NCBI RefSeq assembly: GCF_963921235.1
Contig: NC_086109.1
Span: 2,358,001-2,418,000 of the forward strand
Direction: 5' to 3'
DNA: 60,000 nt
Source of the DNA: Mobula hypostoma
Taxonomy: Eukaryota
Each line of letters begins with the position of its first letter. Position 1 is the first letter of the stretch. Shown piece by piece: positions 36,475-49,569 of the stretch. The notes under the pieces are model-generated. The model searched no databases and was not told the DNA's origin. It was given only the letters and a program-made list of their open reading frames with translations. The translations under genes and the position numbers were made by a program.

Positions 36475-37698
36475 TCAGATAGTAATCCTGCAGCATCTTT
36501 GACGTTTTCTTTGAGGTCAACAAATTAAATTGATTTAACCAGGCAGTGCCAATGACATCAGCCATTCCCTCAGAGCCAAGGGATTCCCTACGGATATAAT
36601 CCAATTTGGGACGAAATCTGCAGAGAGCTACACTTCTTCCAATAACACATTGCTCAATTTTTTTTCTCTTTTAATAGAAATCGACTTCGAGCGACATTGG
36701 ATAATTTATATTGGATTGACACAAGCCAAATTTTAGCCTGCATTCCATTACACGTATTTGGAGAGAGGTATAGAAAATTTGAGGTGCAGATAGGGTAGAC
36801 TGCACAAAATGTTTCCATTTGCCAAAGCCATATATTGATTTATTGCAGTCCCCAATAGTTTCCGAATGGATCTGAGGAAATTCTTTGCAATCCAGAAGGT
36901 ACCGAGATCAGAAAAATGCTCTGCACATGAGAGAGGAAAGTCGCTGACAACACTTAATTAATTGATTGAAGAACATATGAATGCATAGGAAATAGAAGGC
37001 TACAGTGGGTCGAGGAAACTAGAATTACTGAAATCGATTTGGTGACCGACTGCCATGTTTAAAAATGATATTCATCCCTGTTTCCAAAATACCATTCGTA
37101 AATGTATTTACGTCTGACTTTTCCACGGAAGAAATTACCGCACATGAATAACAAAAACTGCAACTTACTCTCTGCATTCTGGAACTTATGCTAGGATAAC
37201 TGTTAGGATAGAAGTGAAAATGAAAGGGTAATGCAAAGAACTGTCATAACCGCTGACATTGCCTCGTAAACCGTTGCCTCTCGCAGGCCGGCAGCTGAAA
37301 GAAGATAGCCATCACACACGTGAGAATGCACAATCCAACCATTTGGGTGCTGGGCGGTTGTATTGAACTCTCTTCCTTTCGTTTTGGTTTTGTAAAGCCT
37401 TGACCGAAGTATAGCGAGGTAGTGCTCACTGTTTCCCTTTGTCCACCTTCCGAGATACAGGATTTCCATTTAGACTGACACTCTAAAGGAGCAGCATTAA
37501 TTTAGTATTTCGTTAATGCTTCGCCACCGCAGAGACGGCGTTAACTTTTAGTTTAAGAGTTTAGTTATCAGCCCTGTTGGCAGAGCGTTTAGCATTTCCC
37601 CTTGCTCTGCACATCTCTTATTAAAACTTACTGACCTGTCCACTCCCCACATCTGCTTGCCGCTGCCCCTGGGTCATCACCGAACTCATATCAGGAAC

Positions 37699-38913
37699 CC
37701 ACACACAAAATGCTGGTGAACACAGCAGGCCAGGCAGCATCTCCAGGAAGAGGTACAGTCGACGTTTCGGGCCGAGACCCTTCGTCAGGACTAACTGAAG
37801 GAAGAGCTAGTAAGAGATTTGAAAGTGGGAGGGGGAGGGGGAGATCCAAAATGATAGGAGAAGACAGGAGGGGGAGGGATGGAGCCGAGAGCTGGAAAGT
37901 TGATTGGCAAAAGGGGTACCAGACTGGAGAAGGGAGAGGATCATGGGACGGGAAGCCTAGGGAGAAAGAAAAGGGAGGGAGCGGAACTCCGAGGGTGGAG
38001 AGCAGGCAAAAAGTTATAGTGAGAAGGGCAGAGGGAGAAAAGAGAGAGAGAGAGAAAGAAAAAAAAGGGGGGGAATAAAAAAAATATATTAAATAAATAA
38101 ATAAGGGATGGGCTGTGAAGGGGAGGAGGGGCATTAACTGAAGTTAGAGAAGACAATATTCATACCATCAGGTTGGAGGCTACCCAGACGGAATATAAGT
38201 TGTTGTTCTTCCAACCTGAGTGTGGCTTCATCTTGACAGTAGAGGAGGCCGTAGATAGACATATCAGAATGGGAATGGGACATGGAATTAAAATGTGTGA
38301 CCACTGGGAGATCTTGCTTTCTCTGGCGGACAGAGCGTAAGAGTTCAGCGAAACGGTCTGCCAGCCTGCGGTCGGGTCTCGCCAATATACAGAAGGCCGC
38401 ACCGGGAGCACCAGACGCAGTATATCACCCCAGCCGACTCACAGGTGAAGCGTCGCCTCGCCTGGAAGGACTGTCTGGGGCCCTGAATGGTGGTGAGGGA
38501 GGAAGTGTAAGGGTGTGTGTAGCACTTGTTCCGCTTACAAGGATAAGTGCCGGGAGGGAGATCCGTGGGAAGGGATTTGGGGGTGCGGGGGTGGGGGGAA
38601 CGAATGGACAAGGGAGTCGCGTAGGAAGCGATCCCTGCGGAAAGCAGACAGGGGGAGGATGTGCTTGGTGGTGAGATCTCGTTGGAGTTGGCGGAAGTTA
38701 CGGAGAATTATATGTTGGACCCGGAGGCTGGAGGGGTAGTAGGTAAGGCCAACGGAATCCCTAATCCTAGTGGGGTGACGGGAGGATGGGGTAAGAACAG
38801 ATGTGCGTGAAATGGGAGAGTTGCATTTGAGAGTAGAGTTGATGGTGGAGGAAGGGAAGCCTCTTTCTTTAAAAAAAAGATTCCAGCATCTGCAGATTTC
38901 TTCGGTGCCCGCG
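37699..38913 (-). mobile_element. Penelope-like retroelement (Neptune-like), 5'-truncated: linker, GIY-YIG endonuclease, pLTR and inverted tail
   Basis: PCKRNKCYT Cys linker, GVIYCVWCSRCGLLYIGET, DRFAE, HFNS..HS and LGSLQPDGMN; perfect 13-bp TSD tcatatcaggaac at 37686-37698 and 38914-38926. Confidence 0.92.
37757..37792 (-). ncRNA. Minimal type I hammerhead ribozyme motif
   Basis: Minus strand AGTC-CTGACGA-A-GGGT(CTCG)GCCC-GAAAC-GTC-GACT: stem I AGTC/GACT, intact core, stem II, palindromic ACGT helix III and GUC cleavage triplet. Confidence 0.85.
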
Positions 38914-38939
38914 TCATATCAGGAACAAGTCGGATACCA

Positions 38940-39345
38940 AAAGAATATAACAAACATGATAAGAACGAATGACAGAATTGCGCCATTTGACCATCGAGTG
39001 TAGTCCGGCATTTCATCATGGCTGATTTATTATGTCTCTCAATCCCATTTCCTTCCCCGTGAACATGGACGCCCTGATTAATCAAGAACTTTTCAACTCC
39101 CGCTTTATATACACCCAACAATTTGGTCTGCAGAGCCGTCTGCAGCAAAGAATTCCACAGCTTCGCCATCCTCTGGCGAAAGAAAAAAAATCCACATTTC
39201 TGTTCATATTCCTAATTTTGAGGCTGTGTTCTCTGGTCCCAGACTCACCCACGATAGGAAGTATCCTCTCTATATCCACTCTGCCGAAACCTTCCAATAT
39301 TTGATGCGTTGCAATGGCGTCCTCCACCCCCACCACCACAATTCT
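38940..39345 (-). mobile_element. Old CR1 3' end
   Basis: ILEGFGRVDIERILPIVGESGTREHSLKIR plus 3' UTR. Confidence 0.75.
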
Positions 39346-39469
39346 ATTTAATTCCAGCGAAAGAGAAAGAGGACTTGTACAAATTCCTAGGGTGTCGCTA
39401 AGGCCTGAAGTGGGAAAAGGTGCCCCTCGTTGGTGCCATTATCTAAGAGGTTGCAGAAGCATTACAGAA

Positions 39470-40215
39470 GACCCCAAGATCCCTCTGATCCTCCACACTG
39501 CCAAGAGTCTTACCATTAATACGATATTCGGCCATCATATTTGACCTACCAGAATGAAACTCCTCATACTTATCTGTGTTGAACTCCATCTGCCACTTCT
39601 CAGTCCAGTTTGGCATCCTATCAATGTTCCGCTGTAACCTCTGACAGTCCTCCAAACTATCCACAACACCCCCAACCTTTGTGTCATCAGCAAATTCACT
39701 AACCCATCCCTTCACTTCCTCATCCAGGTCATTTATAAAAATCACAAAGAGTAGGGGTCGCAGAACAGACCCCTGAGGCACACCACTGGTCACCGACCTC
39801 CATGCAGAATATAACCCGTCTACAACCACTCTTTACCTTCTGTGGGCAAACCAATTCTGGATCCATAAAGTAATATCCCCTTGGATGCCAAGTTCTCTTA
39901 ATTTCTCAATAAGCCTTGCATGGGGTACCTTATTAAATGCCTTGCTGAAATCCATATACACTACATCTATGGCTCCACCTTCGTCAATATGTTTAGTCAC
40001 ATCCTCAGATATTTCAATCAGGCTCATAAGGCACGACCTGCCTTTCACAAAGCCATGTTGACTGTTCCTAATCATATTATGCCTCTCCAAATGTTCATAA
40101 ACCCCGCCTCTCAGAATCTTCTCCATCAACTTACCAACCACTGAAGTAAGAATCACTGGTCTATAATTTACTGAGTTATCTTTACTCCCTTTTTTGAATA
40201 ATGGAACAACGTTCG
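39470..40215 (-). mobile_element. CR1 family D RT fragment
   Basis: [33 protein letters not shown]. Confidence 0.88.
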
Positions 40216-42950
40216 TGACGCATCCACAGTATCCAGAAAAGGAAGGGTGAGCAGCCAGAAGTCGTGGTACATATTAGTACCAACGACGTCGCTAAAAGAC
40301 AGAAGGTTCTGAAAATAGAATACAAAGATTTTTGAAGGAAGCTGAGAAGCATGACCTCAAGGGTAGTAATCTCGGGATTGCTTCCTGCACCACCCAACAG
40401 TGAGGATAGGAATAGAAGGAGGTGGCAGATTAATGCGTGGCTGAAGAATTGGAGCGGGGAAGGGATTTGGATTTCTGTATCATTGTGACATCTTCTGGCC
40501 AGCAGTCAGCTGTACAAAAGGGACAGGGTTGCACTGAATACGAGGGGTCCAATATCGTTGCGAGCAGAATTAATGGAGCTGATGGGTGGGCGTGGTTTGA
40601 ACTAATATGGCAGGGCGATGGGAACCAGTATAACAGAGCTGAGAATGAGCCAGTAGTTGAAAGGTAATATTGATGTACGGAAGGACAAACTCTTGATTGC
40701 GTACTGACACAGACAGTGGAACGAGTTAACTGTACCACAGACGCAAAATTCACAACACTAGCGGGGATGACGGCAGAGCAGAGTAATTGATGTTTCTGAG
40801 AATAATTTACAAGGGCAGGATAAATATACCCTACAGAAGAATTTCGCAAATGGAGGCAGTTGGCAACCATGGCTGACAAGGGAAGTTAAGGACAGCATAA
40901 GAGCCACGAAAGGAGAATACCATGCAGCAAGAGTGAGTGGAAAGTTGGTTGGATGATTGGGAATTTTAAAAAATTCAACAAAAGACGACTAAAAAAAAAC
41001 GTAAGAAGGGAAAGATGAATTATGAGGGAAAACTACCCTGTAATAGAAAGCAGGATACTAGAAGTATTTTCAATTATATAACGAGTAAACTAGGGGTGAG
41101 AGCTGACATTGGAACCCTCCAGTTCGCCTACCAGCCCCGACTAGGAAGTGAGGATGCCATCCTCTACCTGCTGAACCATGTCTACGCCCACCTGGACAAG
41201 TCAGCGAGGGTCATGATTTTTGACTTCTCCAGTGCGTTCAACACCATCCGCCCTGCTCTGCTGGGGGAGAAGCTGACAGCGATGCAGGTGGATGCTTCCC
41301 TGGTATCATGGATTCTTGATTACCTGACTGGCAGACCACAGTACGTGTGCTTGCAACACCTTGTGTCTGACAGAGTGATCAGCAGCACTGGGGCTCCACA
41401 GGGGACTGTCTTGTCTCCCTTTCTCTTCACCATTTACACCTCGGACTTCAGCTACTGCACAGAGTCTTGTCATCTTCAGAAGTTTTCGGATGACCCTGCC
41501 ATAGTTGGATGCATCAGCAAGGGAGATGAGGCTGAGTGCAGGGCTACGGTAGGAAACTTTGTCACATGGTGTGAGCAGAATTATCTGCAGCTTAATGTGA
41601 AAAGGACTAAGGAGCTGGTGGTAGACCTGAGCAGAGCTAAGGTACCGGTGACCCCTGTTTCCATCCTGGGGGTCAGTGTGGGCATGGTGGAGGATTACAA
41701 ATACCTGGGGATACGAATTGACAATAAACTGGACTGGTCTAAAAACACTGAAGCTGTCTACAAGAAGGGTCAGAGCCGTCTCTGTTTTCTGAGGAGACTG
41801 AGGTTCTTTAACATCTGCCGGATGATGCTGAGGATGTTCTACGAGTCTGTGGTGGCCAGTGCTATCATGTTTGCTGTTGTGTGCTGGGGCAGCAGGCTGA
41901 GGGTAGCAGACACCAACAGAATCAACAAACTCATTGGTAAGGCCAGTGATGTTGTGGGGATGGAACTGGACTCTCTCACGGTGGTGTCTGGAAAGAGGAT
42001 GCTGTCTAAGTTGCATGCCATCTTGGTCAATGTCTCCCATCCACTACATAATGGACTGGGTGGGCACAGGAGTACATTCAGCCAGAGACTCATTCCACCG
42101 AGATGCAACACAGAGCGTCATAGGAAGTCATTCCTGCCTGTGGCCATCAAACTTTACAACTCCTCCCTTGGAGGGTCAGACACCCTGAGCCAATAGGCTG
42201 GCCCTGGACTTATTTCATAATTTACTGGCATAATTTACATATTACTATTTAACTATTTATGGTTCTATTACTATTTATTATTTATGGTGCAACTGTAACG
42301 AAAACCAATTTCCCCCGGGATCAATAAAGTATGACTACGACTACTATGACTATGACTATGATCAATGAAAAATGATGTTGGTGAGTTAGTAATGAGGGAC
42401 TAAGAAATGACAGATGACCTTAATGAGTACTTTGCATCTGTTTTCACTGTGCCAGAAGTCCATGAGTGTCAGGGAACAGGAGTGAATGTCAAAAATATAG
42501 GCAAACTGAAGGGTCTTCAGGTGGGTGAGTCACCAGATGGACTACATCCCAGAGTTCTGAAAGAGGTTTCTGAAGAGATAGCACATGTATTGGTTATGGT
42601 CTTCAAGAATCACTTAATTTCGGCATGGTTCCGGAGGACTGGAAACTGCAACTATCACTCCACTCTTTAAGAAGGGAGGAAGGCAAAAGAAACGAACTTA
42701 TAGGCCAGTTAGCCTACCCTGTGTGGTTAGGAAAGTGTTGCAGTCCATTAATAAGGATGCCTTTTCACTGTACCTAGATACCAATGATAGAATAAGTCAA
42801 AGTCAGCATGGTTTCTTTAAAGGGAAATATTGCCTGGCAAAACCTTAGAGTTTTTCGAGGACGTAATCAGCAAGGCGGACAAAGGACATGGAGTGGGTGT
42901 CATTTACATGGATTTTCAGAAGGCCTTTGATAAGGTCCCACATATGGGGG
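40216..42950 (+). mobile_element. Decayed CR1 (ORF1 esterase to RT start), split by a Rex1 insertion
   Basis: EQPEVVVHISTND at the 5' side; ...RADIG|...MKNDVGELVM continues across 41113/42362. Confidence 0.75.
41114..42361 (+). mobile_element. Young 5'-truncated Rex1/Babar LINE
   Basis: About 360 open codons: LQFAYQP, DFSSAFNTI, GAPQGTVLSPFLF, KFSDD, YKYLG; AATAAA followed by a (GACTAT)n tail. Confidence 0.92.
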
Positions 42951-43019
42951 ATCTCATCAATGCCTTTTTAAGCCCCAGTATTACAACCTTGATATCTGTT
43001 TGATCCTTATAGCCTTAAA

Positions 43020-44825
43020 TAAGATCGTAAAACCTTAAGACATAGGAACAGAATTAGGCCATTCGGCCCATCGAGTCTGCTCCGCCATTCCATCATGGCT
43101 GAACCCGAATCCCACTCAAGCCCATACACTTGCATTCTCGCCATATCATTTGATGCCCTGACTGATCAAGGAACGAGCAACTTCCAGCTTAAGTTTACCC
43201 ACGAACTTGGCCTCCAGAACAGTCTGTGTCAGAGCATTCCACAGATTCACTTCTTTCTGGCTAAACTAATACGTCCTTACCTCCGTTCTCAAAGGTGGCC
43301 CTTCAATTCTGAGGTTGTGCCCTCTAGTTCTGGATACACCCGCCATAGGAAACATCTTCTCAACATCCGCCATATCTAGTTCTTTCAACATTCGGTAGGT
43401 TTCAATGAGATCCCCCTCATTCCCCGCCGCCCCCCCCCCCCACACACACAAGGTATTCTTCTAAATTCAAATGAGTACAGGCCCAAAGGTGCCAAACGCT
43501 GCTCATATTCCTTGAATATTCCGTGAACCTCCTCTGGACTCTCTCCAATGACAACACATCCTTTCTGTGATATGGGACCCAAAACTGTTGATAATACCCC
43601 TAGTACGGCCTGACTAGTGCCTTACATATTCACAGCATTATTTCCTTTCTTCTATATTCTATTCCCCTGACATAAATGCCACCATTGCATTTGGCTTCTT
43701 TACCACAGCCTCGGCCTTTACAACGACCTTCTGGAAGTCTTTCACGAGGACATCCGAGTCCCTCTGCACCTCTGATGCTTGAACCTTCTCCCCATTTAGG
43801 TAATAGTCTGCACTATTGTTCCTTTTACCAAAATGTATTCCATCTGCCACTCTTTTGTCTAGTCTTCCAAATTGCCTATGTCCTTCTGTAATCGTATTGC
43901 TTCTTGAGCACTACCTAGCCGTCCACCTGTCTACGTATCATCTACAAATTTTGCCATAAAGCCATCAATTCCATTACATAAATCATTGAGAAACAATGTG
44001 AAAAGTAGCGATCACAATACTGACTCCGGAAGAAGACTATCGTCACTGGCAACCAACCAGAAACATCTCCTTTTATTTCCACTCTCTCCCTACTGCCTGT
44101 CAGTCATTTCTCTGTCCATGCCAGTGTCTTTCCTGTAACGCCATAGGATTTTATCTTCTTAGTCACTATCATCTGTGGCACTTTCTCAAATGTCTTCTAA
44201 GATCCTAGTAAAAGACATCCACAGCCTTTCCTTTGTCCACTTTGCCTGTTACTTCCTCGAAGAACTCTAACAGAATGGCCAGGCAATATTTACCTTTACA
44301 GAAACCATGCTGACTTTGACTTATTTTATCATTAGTCTCCAAGTACCCCAAAATTATATCCTTAATAATAGACTCCAACACTTTCCCAACCACTGAGGGT
44401 AGGAGAGCTGGCCTATAATTTCCTTTCTTTTGAATTCCTCCCTTCTTAAAGAGTTGAATGATATTTGCAATCTTCCAGTCCTCCAGGATCATGGCAGAAT
44501 CAAGTGATTCTTGAAAGATCATGACCAATGTATCCGTTATCTCTTCAGTAAATTCTCCCGGGACTCTGAGATGTAGTCCATCTGGTCCAGGTGACTTATC
44601 CACCTTTGAGTACTTTGAGTTTGCTTTTCACTTTTTCCTTTGTAATTGCAATGGAACCATCTCCTGCTTCCTGATACTCATGGACATCTAGAATACTGCT
44701 AGTGTCTTTCTTAGTGAAGACTTTTGTAGAGTACCCATTACGTTCACCCTCTATTTCTTTGCTTCCCCCACCCCAGGCCCCGCCGCTGCCGCATTACTAC
44801 CTTACTAGCATCACTTTCCAGTGGT
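43020..44825 (-). mobile_element. CR1 family C-like RT region, decayed
   Basis: DKSPGPDGLHLRV...SQHGFCKGKYCL; 3' UTR at about 43020-43120. Confidence 0.85.
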
Positions 44826-45166
44826 CAGCACGACATGGTGGAACGAAGGGCCTGTAATATGCTGTAGATTTTCTATGTTCTACGTTCTGTTCTAATAGTT
44901 CAACAGCTCAGAATAGAAAAAAGTTCTGGAGAAAATAGATAGGAAGGGATCCGACTTACAGCTGAGGCATCGGTTTCCACAACTTCGATGGTAAGGCAGA
45001 CTGAGACGAGTTAAAATATGCCCTGTCGTGTTAGCCATTGCCACTCTGGGGAGAAATGGCGATGATCTGTGACTCTTATCATCTTAGAAACCTCCATGAA
45101 GTCACCTCTCACCCTTCTACACTCCAAAGGGAAAAGTCCCAATTTGTTCATCTTTTCCTCATACGA

Positions 45167-48100
45167 CATATAACCATATAACCATATAACAATTACAGCA
45201 CAAAAACAGGCCATCTCGGCCCTTCTAGTCCGTGCCGATCTCTTACTCTCACCTAGTCCCACCGACCTGCACTCAGCCCATAACCCTCCATTCCTTTCCT
45301 GTCCATATAGCTGTCCAATTTAAATTTAAATGACAACATCGAACCTGCCTCAACCATAGAACCATAGAACCATAGAAACTACAGCACAGAAACAGGCCTT
45401 TTGGCCCTTCTTGGCTGTGCCAAACCATTTTCTGCGTAGTCCCACTGACCTGCACATGGACCATATCCCTCCATACACCTCCCACTTCTGCTGGAAGCTC
45501 GTTCCACACAGCTACCACTCTCTGAGTAAAGAAGTTCCCCCTCATGTTACCCCTAAACTTTTGCCCTTTAACTCTCAACTCATGTCCTCTTGTTTGAATC
45601 TCCTCCACTCTCAATGGAAAAAGCCTATCCACGTCAACTCTATCTATCCCCTTCATAATTTTAAATACCTCTATCAAGTCCCCCCTCAACCTTCTACGCT
45701 CCAAAGAATAAAGACCCAACTTATTCAACCTATCTCTGTAACTTAGGTGATGAAACCCAGGTAACATTCTAGTAAATCTTCTCTGCACTCTCTCTATTTT
45801 GTTGACATCTTTCCTATAATTCGGTGACCAAAACTGTACACAATATTCCAAATTTGGCCTCACCCATGCCTTGTACAATTTCAACATTACATCCCAACTC
45901 CTATACTCAATGCTCTGATTTATAAAGGCTAGCATACCAAAAGCTTTCTTCACCACCCTATCCACATGACATTCCACATTCAGGGAACTATGCACCATTA
46001 TTCCTAGATCCCACTGTTCTACTGCATTCTTCAGTGCCCTACCATTTACCATGTATGTCCTATTTTGATTAGTCCTACCAAAATGTAACACCTCACATTT
46101 ATCAGCATTAAACTCCATCTGCCATCTTTCAGCCCACTCTTCTAACTGGCCTAAATCTCCCTGCGAGCTTTGAAAACCTACTTCATTATCCACAACTCCA
46201 CCTATCTTAGTATCATCTGCATACTTACTCATCCAATTTACCACTCCATCATCCAGATCATTAATGTACAGTATATGACAAATAACATTGGACCCAGTAC
46301 AGATCCCTGAGGCACACCACTAGTCACCGGCCTCCAATTTGACAAATAATTATCCACCACTACTCTCTGGCGTCGCCCATCCAGCCACTGCTGAATCCAT
46401 TTTGCTACTTCAATATTAATACCTAATGATTGAACCTTCCTAACCAACCTTCCGTGTGGGACCTTGTGAAAGGCCTTACTGAAGTCCATATAGACAACAT
46501 CCACCGCTTTACCCTCGTGAGCATTCCGAGTAACCTCTTCAAAAATTCAGTAAGATTTGTCAAACATGATCTTCCCCGCACAAATCCATGTTGACTGTTC
46601 CTAATCAGACCCTGTCTATCCAGATAATTATATATACCATCTCTAAGAATACTTTCCATCAATTTATCCACCACTGACATCAAACTCACAGACCGATAAT
46701 TGCTAGGTTTACTCTTAGAACCCTTTTTAAACAATGGAACCACATGAGCAATGCGCCAATCCTCTGGTACCATCCCCGTTTCTAATGACATTTGAAATAT
46801 TTCTGTCAGAGCCCCTGTTATTTCCACACTAACTTCCCTCAAGGTCCTCGGGAATATCCTGTCAGGACCCGGAGACCTATCCACTTTTATATTCCTTAAA
46901 AGCTCCTCTTCTTTAATCATCATAGTTTCCATAAAGCCTTACCTATTTCCCTTGTCTTACACAATTCAATATCCTTCTCCTTAGTGAATACCGAAGGAAA
47001 GAAATTGTTCAGAATCTCCCCCGTCTCTTTTGGCTCCACACATAGCTGTCCACTCTGATTCTCTAAGGGTCCAATTTTATCCCTCACTATCCTTTTGCTA
47101 TTAATATAACGGTAGAAACCATTGGGATTTATTTTCACCTTATTGCCAAAGCAGCCTCGTATCTTCTTTTAGCTTTTCTAATTTCTTTCTTAAGATTCTT
47201 TTTACATTCTTTATATTCCTGTAACACCTCATTTACTCCATGCTGCCTATATTTATTGTAGATATCCCTCTCTTTCCGAACCAAGTTTCCAATATCCCTC
47301 GAAAATCATGGCTTTCTCAAACTTTTAACCTTTCCTTTCAACCCGACAGGAACATAAAGATCCTGTACTCCCGAAATTTCACTTTTAAGTGACTTCCATT
47401 TCTCTATTACATTCTTCCCATAAAACAAATTATCCCAATCTACTTCTTCTAAATCCTTTCGCATCTCCTCAAAGTTAGCCTTTCTCCAATCAAAAGTCTC
47501 AACCCTGAGTCCAGACCTATCTTTCTCCATAATTATATTGAAACTAATAGCATTGTGATCACTGGACCCGAAGTGCTCCCCAACACAAACCTCCATCACC
47601 TGACCCATCTCATTCCCTAACAGGAGATCCAACACTGCCCCTTCTCTCATTGGTACCTCTATGTATTGCGGCAAAAAACTATCCTGCACACGTTTTACAA
47701 ACTCCAAACCGACCAGCCCTTTTACAGTATGGGCTTCCCAGTATATGTGTGGAAAATTAAAATCTCCCACAATCACAACCTTGTGCTTACTACAAATATT
47801 TGCTATCTCCTTACAAATTTGCTCCTCCAATTCTCGCACTCCATTTGGTGGTCTATAATACAACCCCATAAGAGTTACTACACCTTTCCCATTCCTCAAT
47901 TCCACCCAAATAGCCTCCCTAGACGAGCCCTCTAATCTATCCTGCCAGAGCACCGCTGTAATATTTTCTCTGACAAGCAACGCAACACCTCCCCCTCTTG
48001 TCCTTCCGATTCTATCACAACTGAAGCAATTAAACCCAGGAATATTTAGTTGCCAATCACACTCCTCCTGTAACCATGTTTCACTAATTGCTACCACATA

Positions 48101-49490
48101 ATACTTCCAGGTATCAATCTATGCTTTAAGCTCAAGCACCTTTCTTATAATGCTCCTAGAATTAAAATAAATGCATTTAAGAATTTTTCCACCTCTTACT
48201 CTCTGTTTATCACTAACGGTGCAAACAACTTTACTATTTTCTTTTGCTTCCTTCATCCCTACATCTGTTCCTACACTCTGGTTCCCTTCCCCCCTCGTAT
48301 CTAGTTTAAATCCACCGGAGCCTCTCTAGCAAGCCTACCTGCAAGAATATTTGTCCCCCTCCAGTTCAGATGTAGACCGTCCCGCCGGAACAGGTCCCAC
48401 CTTCCCTGGAAAACTGCCCAATTATCTATAAATCTGAAGCCCTCCCTCCTGCACCATGTCTTCAGCCACGTGTTGATCTGCGCTATCTTACTATTTCTAA
48501 ACCCGCCTACACGTGGCACTGGTAGCAATCCTGAGATTGCTATCCTGAATGTCCTGTCCTTTAACTTGGCGCCTAACTTCCTAAACTCACCTTTCAGGAC
48601 CTCCTCACTTTTCCTACCCACGCCATTTGTCCCTACATGGACCACAACATCCGGCTGCTCACCCTCCCTCTTGAGAATACCAAGAACTCGATCCGAGATA
48701 TCGTTGACCTTGGCACCAGGAAGGCAACAGACCATCCGGGATTGGCCATCTCTTCCACAGAACTTCTTTTCTGTCCCCCTAACTATCGAATCCTCAATCA
48801 CTACTGCTCTCATCTTTTCCCTCCTTTCCTTCTGAGTTGAGGGTCCCATCTCGGTGCCAGAGACACAAGCACTGCAATTTGTCCCTGGTAGGTCGTCCCC
48901 ATCAACAATATCCAAAACGACGTACTTATTAGTGGTGGGAACGGCCACAGGGGTGCTCTGCTCATTCAGTCTATTCCCCTTCCCTCTCCTGACAGTCACC
49001 CAGCTACCTGTCTCCTGACTCTAGGGACGACTATCTCTCTGTAACTCCTCTCTATTACTGCCTCTGCCTCCCGAATGATCCGAAGTTCATCCAGCTCCAG
49101 TTCCAGTTCCCTAACTCGGTTTGTCAGGAGCTGCAGCTGGATGCACCTTTCGCAGGTGTAGTTATCAGGGGCGATTGTCCTTGCCCTCACTTCCCACATT
49201 CTGCAAACGGAGCACTCAGCTGCCCTAACAGCTGCCTCCATTACCTACTCTTATGGTAATTAGATTTATTAAAGGAACTTACCCAACCTTACCTCACTTG
49301 GAGTGAAGCTCTTCCTCAGCCACTGCTCGCCGAAGCCTCGGGAGCCAAAGCCTTCCTACTCTGTTTCCCTCTACTCCGTCGCCCGCTACAACGTCGCCCG
49401 CTCCGTTAATCTTCTCACCTTTAAATACTCCCTCTGCCTCACGGTCCGACTTACACGCGCTTGCGCAGTCCTGCCCCGTTCAACTGCCGA
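45167..49490 (-). mobile_element. Near full-length CR1, family E: 5' UTR, ORF1 (zinc finger/leucine zipper + esterase), ORF2 (APE + RT), 3' tail
   Basis: CSVC...CERC plus heptad leucines (48996-49241); esterase 48301-48999; EN 47306-48097; RT with KYADD; tail (GTTATATG)n; several frameshifts. The 5' boundary is approximate. Confidence 0.92.
45357..45481 (-). mobile_element. CR1 family F 3' end nested in family E
   Basis: (AACCATAG)n tail on the plus strand; reverse complement matches about 51305-51395; the host reads cctcaacca|cttctgctgg across it. Confidence 0.85.
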
Positions 49491-49569
49491 AGAAAATGAC
49501 ATGCTCCCCATTCCAGGCAGCTTCCTCGTAATTGTTCCTAATGCAAAGTTGCTATTTACTGCCTTAATG

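Noticed and set aside
43422..43450. C-run / G-quadruplex candidate
   Set aside because: Low-complexity expansion within a decayed CR1
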